From an uncultured archaeon (lineage in GTDB: Archaea > Micrarchaeota > Micrarchaeia > Micrarchaeales > CABMGC01), in NCBI GenBank assembly GCA_963787445.1, contig CAWBCT010000005.1, forward strand, positions 17,800 through 49,799: a stretch of DNA of 32,000 nucleotides. The letters run 5' to 3'. A program made the position numbers and the translations under genes. This document shows, piece after piece, positions 1-8,127 of this stretch. The notes beneath the pieces were generated by a model, which was given only the letters and a program-made list of their open reading frames with translations, did no database searches and was not told where the DNA came from. The first letter of the stretch is position 1. Every line of letters starts with the position of its first letter.

Positions 1-660
1 GTAGCGCCGCTGCACCGCCCAGCTACCGAAGATGTCGGGGATGCCGCAGCGCGGGAACATGCGCACGAAGGTCTGCGTGCGGGCCGAGTGCAGGTGCGTC
101 CAGACGCCGTCGATGCAGGGCGAGTTCGCCGACAGGGCGAGCAGATACGGCAGGTAGGCGCGCATGGCGTCGCAGACGGCGATCGCCCGGTCGATGCCGC
201 GGATGCCGATGTGGATGTGCTGGCTCCAGGTGTTGTTGCGCCAGGCGACGTACTTGAGCTTGTCCTCGACGGCGTGATAGTGCGGCGTGTCGATGATGCG
301 CTGGTCCTGCCAGGGCGAGAAAGGGTGCGTGCCGCTGGCGCCCAGCGTGTAGCCCTGGTCGCGGGCGTGGGCAAAGAGGGCGAGGCGGCGCGCGACGATG
401 TCGCGCGCCGCCTCGCCGAACGACTCGCACCGGGGCGTGGCGATCTCGATCTCGCTCGAGATCAGCTCGCCGAGGATGCGCTCCCGCAGCTCCGCCGGGG
501 CGCTGTCACGCAGCAGCTCGAAGGCGCCGGTGAGGGCGAGGCTGCCCGGGTCGAGGATCTGGTACTCCTCCTCGAGGCCGATCGTGAAATCGGTCGAGGT
601 CGCAAAGCGTTCCTCGACCTGGGCGAGGTAGGTGTCGGGATCGGACAGCACGGTCGGCAC
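1..660 (-). CDS. Carboxylate-amine ligase, YbdK / glutamate-cysteine ligase family 2 (GCS2); first 220 codons, 3' end runs off the window
   Basis: Own translation of the minus strand from GTG at 660-658, open to position 1. It is absent from the ORF track because there is no stop in the window. Sequence: VPTVLSDPDTYLAQVEERFATSTDFTIGLEEEYQILDPGS...ELISSEIEIATPRC...GASGTHPFSPWQDQRIIDTPHY...NTWSQHIHIGIRG...LALSANSP. The FxIGxEEE, SEIEIxT and GTHPF blocks are typical of GCS2/YbdK. Track ORFs 23..430(-) and 88..924(+) are shadow frames. Confidence 0.8.
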   Translation of the reverse strand, partial: MPTVLSDPDTYLAQVEERFATSTDFTIGLEEEYQILDPGSLALTGAFELLRDSAPAELRERILGELISSEIEIATPRCESFGEAARDIVARRLALFAHARDQGYTLGASGTHPFSPWQDQRIIDTPHYHAVEDKLKYVAWRNNTWSQHIHIGIRGIDRAIAVCDAMRAYLPYLLALSANSPCIDGVWTHLHSARTQTFVRMFPRCGIPDIFGSWAVQRRY

Positions 661-689
661 AGTATACCCGCGGGCCAATGGCAAGAAGT

Positions 690-733
690 GGGGCGGCCGG
701 CGGCGCGCCTGGCGGCGCGCCGCCGGCCGCCCC
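690..733 (-). terminator. Perfect 20-bp GC inverted repeat (stem-loop) after the corrinoid-protein gene; probable intrinsic terminator
   Basis: ggggcggccggcggcgcgcc (690-709), loop tggc, ggcgcgccgccggccgcccc (714-733). It lies 39 nt past the TAG at 772-774. On the sense strand it is followed by CACTTCTTGCC, only a weak U-tract. Confidence 0.45.
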
Positions 734-771
734 GAGAGGCGTTGCCGGCCTTACTGGCGGCGCTTGCCGGT

Positions 772-1437
772 CTAGGCCACGCCCAGCAGGGTCTTGGCGG
801 CCACCACGGCCTCGATGGCGTCCTCGGCGTAGCCGTCGGCGCCGATCTCGTCGGCCCAGGCGCGGGTCGTGGGGGCGCCGCCGATCATGACCTTGATCTG
901 CTCGCGCAGACCGGCGGCCTTTAAGGCCTCGATGGTCTTGGCCTGGTTGGGCATGGTGGTGGTCAAAAGAGCGGAGAGCAGCAGCAGGTCGGGCTTGACG
1001 GCCTGGCAGGTGGCGACGAAGGCCTCGGGGGCCACGTCGCAGCCCACGTCGGTGACCTCAAATCCGGCCGCTGAGAGCATGCTGCAGACGATCGTCTTGC
1101 CGATCTCGTGGATGTCGCCGGCGACCGTGCCGGCGACGGCGATGCCGGTCGCCTTGCGGCCCTCCTTGGAGGCGTCTAAGGCGGGCTGCAGGACCCTCAC
1201 GGCGGCCTTCATGGCCTCGGCCCCCTGGACCAGCTCGGGCAGGAAGAACTCGCCTTTGCCGAAGAGGTCGCCGACCTCCTCGATGCCCTTGACGAAGCCC
1301 TTGTCTAAGATGTCGGCCGCAGAGAGGCCCATGTCGAGGCCTTTCTGGGCCAGGACGGCGGCGGTGTCGTCCTCGCCGTCGATCACTGCTTGGGCCATCT
1401 GGGAGTAGATCTCGTCGGTCACCAGGTCCTCCTTCAC
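772..1437 (-). CDS. Corrinoid (cobalamin-binding) protein of methyltransferase systems (MtbC/MtmC/MtaC-like)
   Basis: 221-aa ORF. It has an N-terminal helical B12-cap region and a Rossmann B12-binding domain with the DxHxxG motif (GDIHEIG), SALLTTT and MIGGAP. The likelier start is the internal GTG at 1422, which is preceded by AAGGAGG. The track start is GTG at 1437. Confidence 0.85.
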   Translation of the reverse strand: MKEDLVTDEIYSQMAQAVIDGEDDTAAVLAQKGLDMGLSAADILDKGFVKGIEEVGDLFGKGEFFLPELVQGAEAMKAAVRVLQPALDASKEGRKATGIAVAGTVAGDIHEIGKTIVCSMLSAAGFEVTDVGCDVAPEAFVATCQAVKPDLLLLSALLTTTMPNQAKTIEALKAAGLREQIKVMIGGAPTTRAWADEIGADGYAEDAIEAVVAAKTLLGVA

Positions 1438-1715
1438 GCACTACTTCCGTCAGCGATGACTTCTGGAGGCGCGCGCGCCGCGCGCGCCGGCAAGAAGCTT
1501 GAGTCTCGGTGCGTCCCCACGGCCACCCGTGCCCGTCTGAACGCCGACTCAGGCTACCGAAGGCGGCGGGGCTCTGCAACCTGACCCGCCCGCGACTTGC
1601 GCCGACCTGACAGTTCGCTAACATTACGCTCCGGTCTACGATGGCGCTCCGGCACAATGCGGGCGGGTGGATCCCGCCGGCGGCACGGTCGCGACCGGTC
1701 AAGGAGGGGGACCAC

Positions 1716-2333
1716 GTGAAACTCAGCCTCGTTCCGCAGGAGCGGGAGTACTTCCGCCTGTTCTCGGAGTTCGCCGCCACGCTCGATCAGGCCGCCCAGC
1801 TTCTGGCCAGCCTCATGAGCGACTTCTCTGCTCTCAAGAGCACGGCGCGCCAGATGGTCGAGCTCGAGCACGTCGGCGACAAGATCGTGCACGACATCGT
1901 CAAGCGCCTCAACAAGACCTTCATCACGCCCCTCGACCGCGAGGACATCTACGATCTCGCCGCGACCCTCGACGAGGTCCTCGACAGCATCGAGGCGGCC
2001 GTCGACATGATGCTCCTCTACCGCATCGCGGCGCCCGCGCAGCACGCGGTCGAGCAGTCGGCCGTGATCGCCAAGCAGACGGCCGTGCTGCGCCTGGCGA
2101 TCGACAGCCTCGAGAAGCGCAAGGGGCTCAACGATCACTGGATCGAGGTCAACCGGCTCGAGAACGACGGCGACCGGCTGTACCGCGACGCCGTCGCCGA
2201 GCTCTTCGACGGCGACATGAAGTGCACCGACATCATCAAGTGGAAGGACATCTACAGCACGCTCGAGCACGCCATCGACGATTGTGAGCACGTCGCCAAC
2301 ATCATCGAGAGCATCGTGCTCAAGAACACCTGA
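1716..2333 (+). CDS. DUF47 / PhoU-like phosphate-transport regulator (YkaA-type Pit accessory protein)
   Basis: Translation VKLSLVPQEREYFRLFSEFAATLDQAAQLL...ELEHVGDKIVHDIVKRLNKTFITPLDREDIY...ENDGDRLYRDAVAELF...KDIYSTLEHAIDDCEHVANIIESIVLKN is typical of DUF47. GTG at 1716 is preceded by AAGGAGGGGG (1701-1710). The stop overlaps the pit start (TGATG at 2331-2335). Confidence 0.85.
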   Translation: MKLSLVPQEREYFRLFSEFAATLDQAAQLLASLMSDFSALKSTARQMVELEHVGDKIVHDIVKRLNKTFITPLDREDIYDLAATLDEVLDSIEAAVDMMLLYRIAAPAQHAVEQSAVIAKQTAVLRLAIDSLEKRKGLNDHWIEVNRLENDGDRLYRDAVAELFDGDMKCTDIIKWKDIYSTLEHAIDDCEHVANIIESIVLKNT

Positions 2334-3319
2334 TGTTCCTGCTGATCGTCATCGTGGCGGTCGCTCTGGCGTTCGACTTCACCAACGGCTTCCACGACTC
2401 GGCCAACGCCATCGCCACGTCGATCTCGACGCGCGCCCTCTCGCCGCGGGTCGCGCTGCTCATGGCCGCCGTGCTGAACATGGTCGGCGCCTTCGTCAGC
2501 CAGAACGTGGCCAAGACCGTGGGCAAGGGCATCGTGACCTTGCCCACCGACTCACAGACGGTCGTGCTGGCCGCCCTGATCGGCGCCATCTGCTGGAACC
2601 TGGTCACCTGGTACCTCGGCCTGCCCTCCAGCTCGTCGCACGCCCTCATCGGCGGCCTCGTCGGCGCCACCCTCGTCGCGGTGGGTGCCAGCGGCGTGGA
2701 ATGGAGCGGCATCTGGCACAAGGTCGTCGTGCCCATGATCTCTTCGCCGCTGGTCGGCCTGCTGGTCGCGTTCCTGCTCATGAACCTCCTCCTGCTCCTC
2801 GTCTTTCGCTGGTCGCCGCGACCCGTGAACCGCACCTTCCGGGCCCTCCAGCCGGTCTCCGCCGGGGCGGTCGCCCTCGCCCACGGCATGAACGACGCCC
2901 AGAAGACCATGGGCGTGATCTGGCTGGCGCTGATCACCTCGGGCCACCTGTCGAAGACCGCCCCGATCCCCACCTGGGTGATCCTGGTGGCCGCGTCGTC
3001 GATCGCCTGCGGCACCTACTTCGGCGGCTGGCGCATCATCCGCACGCTCGGCACGAAGGTCATCCACCTCGACCCGATCCACGGCTTCGCCGCCGAGACG
3101 AGCTCCGCGGCCGTCATCTGGACGGCCAGTGTCCTCGGCTACCCGATCTCCACGACACAGACCATCACGGCCTCGATCATGGGCGCCGGCACGACCGGCG
3201 GGCTGTCCGCCGTGAAGTGGGGCGTGGCCGGCAACATCGTCTGGGCCTGGGTCCTCACCATCCCCGCCGCCGGCCTCGTGGCGGCCGGCGCCTACTTCCT
3301 CATCCATCTCCTCCACTGA
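2333..3319 (+). CDS. pit: Inorganic phosphate transporter, PiT (PHO4) family
   Basis: 328-aa polytopic membrane protein. It shows the duplicated PiT signature GFHDSANAIATSISTRAL near the N-terminus and AHGMNDAQKTMG in the second half. It is translationally coupled to the DUF47 gene. Confidence 0.9.
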   Translation: MFLLIVIVAVALAFDFTNGFHDSANAIATSISTRALSPRVALLMAAVLNMVGAFVSQNVAKTVGKGIVTLPTDSQTVVLAALIGAICWNLVTWYLGLPSSSSHALIGGLVGATLVAVGASGVEWSGIWHKVVVPMISSPLVGLLVAFLLMNLLLLLVFRWSPRPVNRTFRALQPVSAGAVALAHGMNDAQKTMGVIWLALITSGHLSKTAPIPTWVILVAASSIACGTYFGGWRIIRTLGTKVIHLDPIHGFAAETSSAAVIWTASVLGYPISTTQTITASIMGAGTTGGLSAVKWGVAGNIVWAWVLTIPAAGLVAAGAYFLIHLLH

Positions 3320-3450
3320 CGGCCGCCAACTTTGACTTCACGAGCGCCTGTGCAGTAGCGTTAATCGATTCCCGTCCCGAACGTTCATCCCCCCGCCGCG
3401 CGAGCTCGCGTCGGCGCCGCCAGTAGCCCCCCAGGGCAGTCGAGGTGACT

Positions 3451-4860
3451 ATGAGAATCCGCATGATCGAGCCGGAACCGGCCGACATGAACGTCTACAG
3501 CATGGTGCAGATGGTGAGGCTCGGACTGCCGATCATCGGCGCCACGCTCAAGGCCGCCGGTCACGACGTCAAGATCTACAACTCCAACATCGCGCCGATC
3601 GACTGGAACGACGTGTACGCCGCCGATCTCGTCGGCATCTCCACCACCACCTCGACCGTCACCGAAGGGTATCGGTTCGCCGAACAGTGCCGCGAGCGCG
3701 GCATCCCGGTCATCATGGGCGGCTCGCACGTCACCTTCATGGCCGACGAGGCCCTCCAGCACACCGACTTCGTCGCTCGCGGCGAGGGTGGCGAGCGGCT
3801 CATGATCGAGCTCGTCGCCGCGCTCGAGTCGGGGAGCCCGTTCGACGCCATCCAGGGCCTGTCGTTCACGCGCGACGGCGTGGCGGTGCACAACGAGACG
3901 CGCGGGCAGTGCACCGTGCTCGACGAGCTGCCGTTTCCCGACCTCTCGCTCATCCACGGCTACGAGAACATGAAAACGACGCCGATCATGACGAGCTGGG
4001 GCTGCCCCTTCCACTGCAACTTCTGCTCGGTCACCGCCATGTTCGGCCGCAAGTACCGCTTCCGCAGCGCCGAGAACATCATCGCCGAGCTCAAACAGCG
4101 CCAGCCCCGCAAGATCTTCTTCTACGACGACAACATCGCCGCCGACAAGAAGCGCCTCAAGGAGCTGTTGCGGCTCATGATCGCCGAAGACATCGTCGTG
4201 CCCTGGTCGGCCCAGATGCGCACCGACGTGGTGCGCGACCCCGAGCTGCTCGACCTCATGCGTCGATCCGGCTGCAACCGCGCCTACCTCGGCCTCGAGT
4301 CGGTCAACCAGGCGACCCTCGACTCCTTCGACAAGCACCAGAGCGTCGACGACATCGTCCAGGCCATCCGCATCCTGCACGAGTACGGCATCGCCTCGCA
4401 CGGCATGTTCATGCTGGGCGCCGACACCGACACCAAGGAGTCGCTGCGCGAGACCGTCAAGTTCGCCATGAAGAACCACATCGACACGATCCAGCTCGCG
4501 GCCCTGACGCCGCTGCCCGGCACGCCGCTCTTCGAAGAGCTCGACGCGGCCGGACGCATCTTCGAGAAGCAGTGGCACCTCTACGACGCCCAGCACGTGG
4601 TCTTCGAACCGGCCAACATGACCGCCTACGAGCTGCAGCTCGAGGCCCTGCGCGGCTACATGAAGTTCTACTCGCTGCGCCAGTGGGCCAAGTACTTCTT
4701 CACCTTCCGCTTCACCAAGCTGCTCTTCCAGAGCTGGGGCTGGTGGATCATCCGCATGTGGCGCAAGAACAAGGCCAATCAGGCCTTCATGCAGTCGCTC
4801 AAGAAGCTGCCGCGCGCCCACGGCCAGCAGCTCGCCCAGACGTCCGACTCAAAGCGCTGA
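3451..4860 (+). CDS. B12-binding-domain radical SAM protein (class B rSAM), specific function unknown
   Basis: The N-terminal Rossmann-like B12-binding region is LPIIGATLKAAGHDV...GISTTTST...VIMGGSHVT. The radical SAM cluster motif CPFHCNFC sits in SWGCPFHCNFCSV. A TIM-barrel core follows (YLGLESVNQATLD). The C-terminal Trp/Phe-rich basic tail is KYFFTFRFTKLLFQSWGWWIIRMWRKNK. ATG at 3451 has GAGG 5 nt upstream. The track start is GTG at 3445. Confidence 0.85.
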   Translation: MRIRMIEPEPADMNVYSMVQMVRLGLPIIGATLKAAGHDVKIYNSNIAPIDWNDVYAADLVGISTTTSTVTEGYRFAEQCRERGIPVIMGGSHVTFMADEALQHTDFVARGEGGERLMIELVAALESGSPFDAIQGLSFTRDGVAVHNETRGQCTVLDELPFPDLSLIHGYENMKTTPIMTSWGCPFHCNFCSVTAMFGRKYRFRSAENIIAELKQRQPRKIFFYDDNIAADKKRLKELLRLMIAEDIVVPWSAQMRTDVVRDPELLDLMRRSGCNRAYLGLESVNQATLDSFDKHQSVDDIVQAIRILHEYGIASHGMFMLGADTDTKESLRETVKFAMKNHIDTIQLAALTPLPGTPLFEELDAAGRIFEKQWHLYDAQHVVFEPANMTAYELQLEALRGYMKFYSLRQWAKYFFTFRFTKLLFQSWGWWIIRMWRKNKANQAFMQSLKKLPRAHGQQLAQTSDSKR

Positions 4861-4915
4861 GCGCCCGCCGGCGGCAGCGGCCGCGGCGCGGCTTGCGCCG
4901 GCCGGCGAGCCGTGG

Positions 4916-5539
4916 TCAGCCGGCGAGCTCGACGATCTCGTAGACGACGAGCGTCACGTACACCGCGACGAGCGCGACGCTGGCCAGCAGCACGATGCGG
5001 CGGCGGCGCTGGGTCCACAGAAACAGCGCGCCGGCCGTCACGACGGCCATCTTGACGAGCGCCGCCGGCACGAACCCGAAGCGCAGGAAGAGCGCCATGA
5101 TGGCGTTGGCCTCGGTCGCCCCCAGGGCGAGCGCGCGCCGCGTGAGCAGCGCGTCCTCGAGATTGAGCAGCCACAGCGCGACGAGCGCGCCGCTGACGGC
5201 GAGCGCCTGCCAGCGCGGCGCCGGCGCCGCGACCGTCGTCGCGCAGACGCAGGCCGGCGCCAGCGCAAGACCCGCTCCCGGCACGTACGGCACGACCGAG
5301 ACGCGGCCGCAGTCGGGGCAGGTGTGCACGACGGCGAGGCCGGCTCCCTGAGGCTCGAGGCGCGGCGCCGGTCGCAGGCGCCGCTCGGGGCCGGGATAGG
5401 CGGGCAGGGTGCGAGCGCGCCGCTCCCGCCTGAGCTCGGCGCCGCGCAGCGCAGCCGACAACCTCTGGTCGACCCCGGGGTCGACGAAGACCACCGTGCT
5501 CATCGTGCCGATCGTGGCGCGGGCCACCGCGGGCCACAC
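4916..5539 (-). CDS. Membrane protein with C-terminal DUF5658-like domain and an N-terminal Cys-containing cytoplasmic region
   Basis: 207-aa ORF. The C-terminal half LWLLNLEDALLTRRALALGATEANAIMALFLRFGFVPAALVKMAVVTAGALFLW...VALVAVYVTLVVY has 3 predicted TM helices. It also carries the (L)N..D..LT..AL..GA.EAN pattern that I associate with DUF5658. The N-terminal part contains CPDCG...C.C. The start is uncertain (GTG 5539 or ATG 5503). Confidence 0.55.
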   Translation of the reverse strand: MWPAVARATIGTMSTVVFVDPGVDQRLSAALRGAELRRERRARTLPAYPGPERRLRPAPRLEPQGAGLAVVHTCPDCGRVSVVPYVPGAGLALAPACVCATTVAAPAPRWQALAVSGALVALWLLNLEDALLTRRALALGATEANAIMALFLRFGFVPAALVKMAVVTAGALFLWTQRRRRIVLLASVALVAVYVTLVVYEIVELAG

Positions 5540-5639
5540 GCGTGGGACGTCGTGATCACGTCGTCACCCCCTCATCGCGCACTGTATGCCCAGGGCGTGC
5601 CGGATGCCAACAGGGCGCGGCGTTGGCGTCGCCGGGCGC

Positions 5640-5765
5640 TTGTAAAGGCGATGGGGCGATGGTACGGTACCCCGGACCTTCGCTGGAGCCATCGGGGGTC
5701 GTTTTCTGGGAACTGTCGCATCGGGCGGCAACGGGCGCTCACCTCGTGGGTGCGAAGACCGAGTC
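5640..5765 (+). promoter_or_regulatory. Structured 5' leader of the NlpC/P60 gene; candidate ydaO-type (cyclic-di-AMP) riboswitch
   Basis: About 250 nt of non-coding leader. The stretch CGCUGGAGCCAUCGGGGGUC...GGGCGCUCACCUCGUGGGUGCG resembles the ydaO blocks GAGC-GGGGGAC and GCUAACCUCGUAAGCG. Only part of the motif was matched by eye. Confidence 0.3.
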
Positions 5766-5790
5766 GTCGTACCCCGCAAGGAGGCGATGC

Positions 5791-6804
5791 ATGAAGCGCA
5801 ATCGCAGACTCTTCCTCGTCGCACTCGCCGCCCTCCTCGTCCTCCCCTTCGCCCTTCCCTCCGCCGCCTCCGCCGACACCGTCGCCCAGAAACGCGCCCA
5901 CGCGCGGGCCATCATGGGCGAGCTCGCCACGCTCGACGTCAAGATGGAGAAGGTCGTCGAGCGCTACGACGCGGCGACCGGCAAGCTGGCCACCATCAAC
6001 GCGAGCGTCGCCAAGAACCAGCGCACCCTGGCCCTGACGCGCTACAACCTGCAGATGGCCAAGACCCAGCTCCAGAACCGCGTCGTGGCCATGTACAAGC
6101 AGCGGCCCGTCGAGCTGCTCGACGTGATGCTCGCCACCAAGAGCTTCTCCTCGATGGTCGACCAGCTCGACCTGCTCGACCGGGTGGGCACCAGCGACTC
6201 CACCATGGTCGACTCGATCGGCGACTATCAGACGACGATCGTGGCCACCCAGAAGACCCTCGTGACCGACCGCACGGCCGCCGAACAGCTCGTCGCCCAG
6301 CGCGCCACCGAAAAGGCCGGGGTCGAAAGCGCCCTGGCGGCGCGACAGTCGATGCTGCGCGGCGTCAAGGCGCAGATCGCCCAGCTCGTCGCCCAGCAGG
6401 CCCAGGCGGCCAAGCAGGCCGCCCAGAAGCAGGGCGCCGTGCTGCCGATCGGCCCCATCAACGCCGACCACAGCAGCGTGGTGGCCTTCGCCGAGAGCTT
6501 CGTGGGCAAGGTGCCGTACGTGTGGGGCGGCTCTTCGCCCGCCGGCTTCGACTGCTCGGGCTTCACGATGTACGTCTACTCCAACTTCGGCGTGAGCCTG
6601 CCGCACAATGCGGCCGCTCAGCAGGCCTGTACGACGCCGGTACCCAGCGGCCAGGAGCAGCCCGGCGACCTCGTCTTCTTCGGCTCGCCGGCCTACCACG
6701 TCGGCCTCTACGTCGGCGGTGGCAGCATGGTCAACGCGCCGCACACCGGCGCCTACGTCAGCTACGGCTCCGTCGCCGGCGCAGCGGGGTTCGGCCGGCC
6801 CTGA
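5791..6804 (+). CDS. Secreted NlpC/P60 (C40) peptidoglycan endopeptidase with N-terminal coiled-coil (CwlO/RipA-like)
   Basis: ATG at 5791 follows AAGGAGG (5778-5784). The signal peptide is MKRNRRLFLVALAALLVLPFALPSAASA. About 200 aa of heptad-like coiled coil follow. The C-terminal catalytic domain is VPYVWGGSSPAGFDCSGFTMYVY...GDLVFFGSPAYHVGLYVGGGSMVNAPHTG (Cys-His-His). The track ORF start at 5542 is an upstream extension. Confidence 0.9.
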   Translation: MKRNRRLFLVALAALLVLPFALPSAASADTVAQKRAHARAIMGELATLDVKMEKVVERYDAATGKLATINASVAKNQRTLALTRYNLQMAKTQLQNRVVAMYKQRPVELLDVMLATKSFSSMVDQLDLLDRVGTSDSTMVDSIGDYQTTIVATQKTLVTDRTAAEQLVAQRATEKAGVESALAARQSMLRGVKAQIAQLVAQQAQAAKQAAQKQGAVLPIGPINADHSSVVAFAESFVGKVPYVWGGSSPAGFDCSGFTMYVYSNFGVSLPHNAAAQQACTTPVPSGQEQPGDLVFFGSPAYHVGLYVGGGSMVNAPHTGAYVSYGSVAGAAGFGRP

Positions 6805-6815
6805 GACCTCGCCCG

Positions 6816-6836
6816 GCCGCGCCCCACGGGCGCGGC
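6816..6836 (+). terminator. GC stem-loop just after the NlpC/P60 stop
   Basis: gccgcgccc-cac-gggcgcggc forms a 9-bp perfect stem, 12 nt after the TGA at 6802-6804. There is no U-tract, so confidence is modest. Confidence 0.3.
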
Positions 6837-6940
6837 GCCGACCCCGTCACAGCCTCGCTTCATCGCTCAAGGGTAAACATCTGCGCGCACCCGCCGATTA
6901 TGAAGGTGAACCCGCTGTCGGCAGACGGAGATGACGCGAC

Positions 6941-8032
6941 GTGAAGACGGTAGACGAGCTGCTCCACGAGATGGTCACGCGCACCGCCTCCGACCTTCAC
7001 ATCAAGGCCGGCAGCCCCCCGGTGGTGCGCGTCGACGGCGATCTGCACCTGCTCGACGAGCCCGTGCTTTCGCCCGAAGACACCAAGGATGCCGCCGCCT
7101 CGATCATGACCGACAAGCAGATCCGGCGCTTCAGCGAGCACAACGAGATCGACTTCGCCTACTCGGCGCCGGCCATCGGCCGCTTCCGCGTGAACATCTA
7201 CCGCCAGCGCGGCAGCATCTCGGTCGCCATGCGCCAGGTGGCGACGCAGATCCCCTCGTTCGAGGAGCTGCACCTGCCCGAGGTCATCAAGCGCCTGGCG
7301 CTCGAGCCCCGCGGCCTGCTGCTGGTGACGGGCACCACGGGGTCGGGCAAGACGACCACCCTCGCCGCCATGATCGACCACATCAACAACACCATGCGCA
7401 AGCACATCGTGACGATCGAAGACCCCATCGAGGTGCTGCACAAGGACCGCAAGGCGATCATCAACCAGCGCGAGATCGGCCTCGACACCGAGTCGTACGA
7501 GTCGGCGCTGAAGTACGTGCTGCGCCAGGACCCCGACGACATCCTCATCGGCGAGATGCGCGACGTCGAGACCGTCTCGGCGGCCCTCACCGCCGCCCAG
7601 ACCGGTCACTTCGTGATGAGCACGCTGCACACCATCGACGCCACCGAGACCATCAACCGCATCATCGACTTCTTCCCGCTGCACCAGCAGAAGCAGGTGC
7701 GCATCATGCTGGCCGGCACGTTGCGCGGCATCATCTCGCAGCGCCTGCTGCCGCGGGCCGACGGCCAGGGCCGGGTGCCGGCCATCGAGGTCATGGTGAT
7801 GACCAGCCGCATCCGCGACTTCGTGCTCGACGCCGACCAGACCTCGGCGATCGGCCAGGCCATCAAAGAGGGCGAGTTCTACGGCATGACGACCTTCGAC
7901 CAGGCGCTGCTGAGCCTCTACGAGCAGGGTCTGATCACCCTGCACGACGCCGCCCAGGTGGCCAGCAACCCGCACGACTTCAAGCTGCTCGTGCAGGCCC
8001 AGGGGCACGACGTCAGCCTGATGACCTTCTAG
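6941..8032 (+). CDS. pilT: Type IV pilus retraction (twitching motility) ATPase PilT
   Basis: 363 aa, GTG start. Motifs seen: ASDLHIKAGSPP, Walker A GTTGSGKTTT, Asp box HIVTIEDPIE, Walker B DDILIGEMRD and His box TGHFVMSTLHT. The length and the C-terminal AxxNP region are PilT-like rather than PilB-like. Confidence 0.9.
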   Translation: MKTVDELLHEMVTRTASDLHIKAGSPPVVRVDGDLHLLDEPVLSPEDTKDAAASIMTDKQIRRFSEHNEIDFAYSAPAIGRFRVNIYRQRGSISVAMRQVATQIPSFEELHLPEVIKRLALEPRGLLLVTGTTGSGKTTTLAAMIDHINNTMRKHIVTIEDPIEVLHKDRKAIINQREIGLDTESYESALKYVLRQDPDDILIGEMRDVETVSAALTAAQTGHFVMSTLHTIDATETINRIIDFFPLHQQKQVRIMLAGTLRGIISQRLLPRADGQGRVPAIEVMVMTSRIRDFVLDADQTSAIGQAIKEGEFYGMTTFDQALLSLYEQGLITLHDAAQVASNPHDFKLLVQAQGHDVSLMTF

Positions 8033-8127
8033 AAGGGCGAAAGCGACCCGCCCGGCGCTGCCGGTCGGGCGCCGGCGCCGCGAACTCAGACGGACTCGAG
8101 CGCCGCCGCCGGGCGGCGCCCCCCGGG

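Noticed and set aside
88-924. 278-aa plus-strand ORF (and 23..430 minus-strand ORF) at the window start
   Set aside because: Both are alternative frames of the YbdK-type ligase gene. Their translations are Arg/Ala/Gly-rich with no motifs, whereas the unlisted minus-strand frame gives a clean GCS2 sequence.
1438-1715. Cobalamin riboswitch in the leader of the corrinoid-protein gene
   Set aside because: The context is suggestive, and there are loose similarities on the minus strand (GGUUGCAGAGCC..., AGUCGGCGUUCAGACGGGC). However, I could not find a convincing B12 box (…AGUCAG.A.ACCUGCC / GCCACUG) or the GGGAA…GGUG…AA.UCC core. The region is also the divergent promoter for the DUF47-pit operon. 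It needs cmscan RF00174 before any call.
8033-8127. Bidirectional terminator between convergent pilT and sigH
   Set aside because: A 7-bp GC stem (cgccgcc-gccg-ggcggcg, ~8101-8118) exists. It has no flanking U/A tracts on either strand, and such short GC palindromes are frequent by chance in this composition. I did not list it as a feature.
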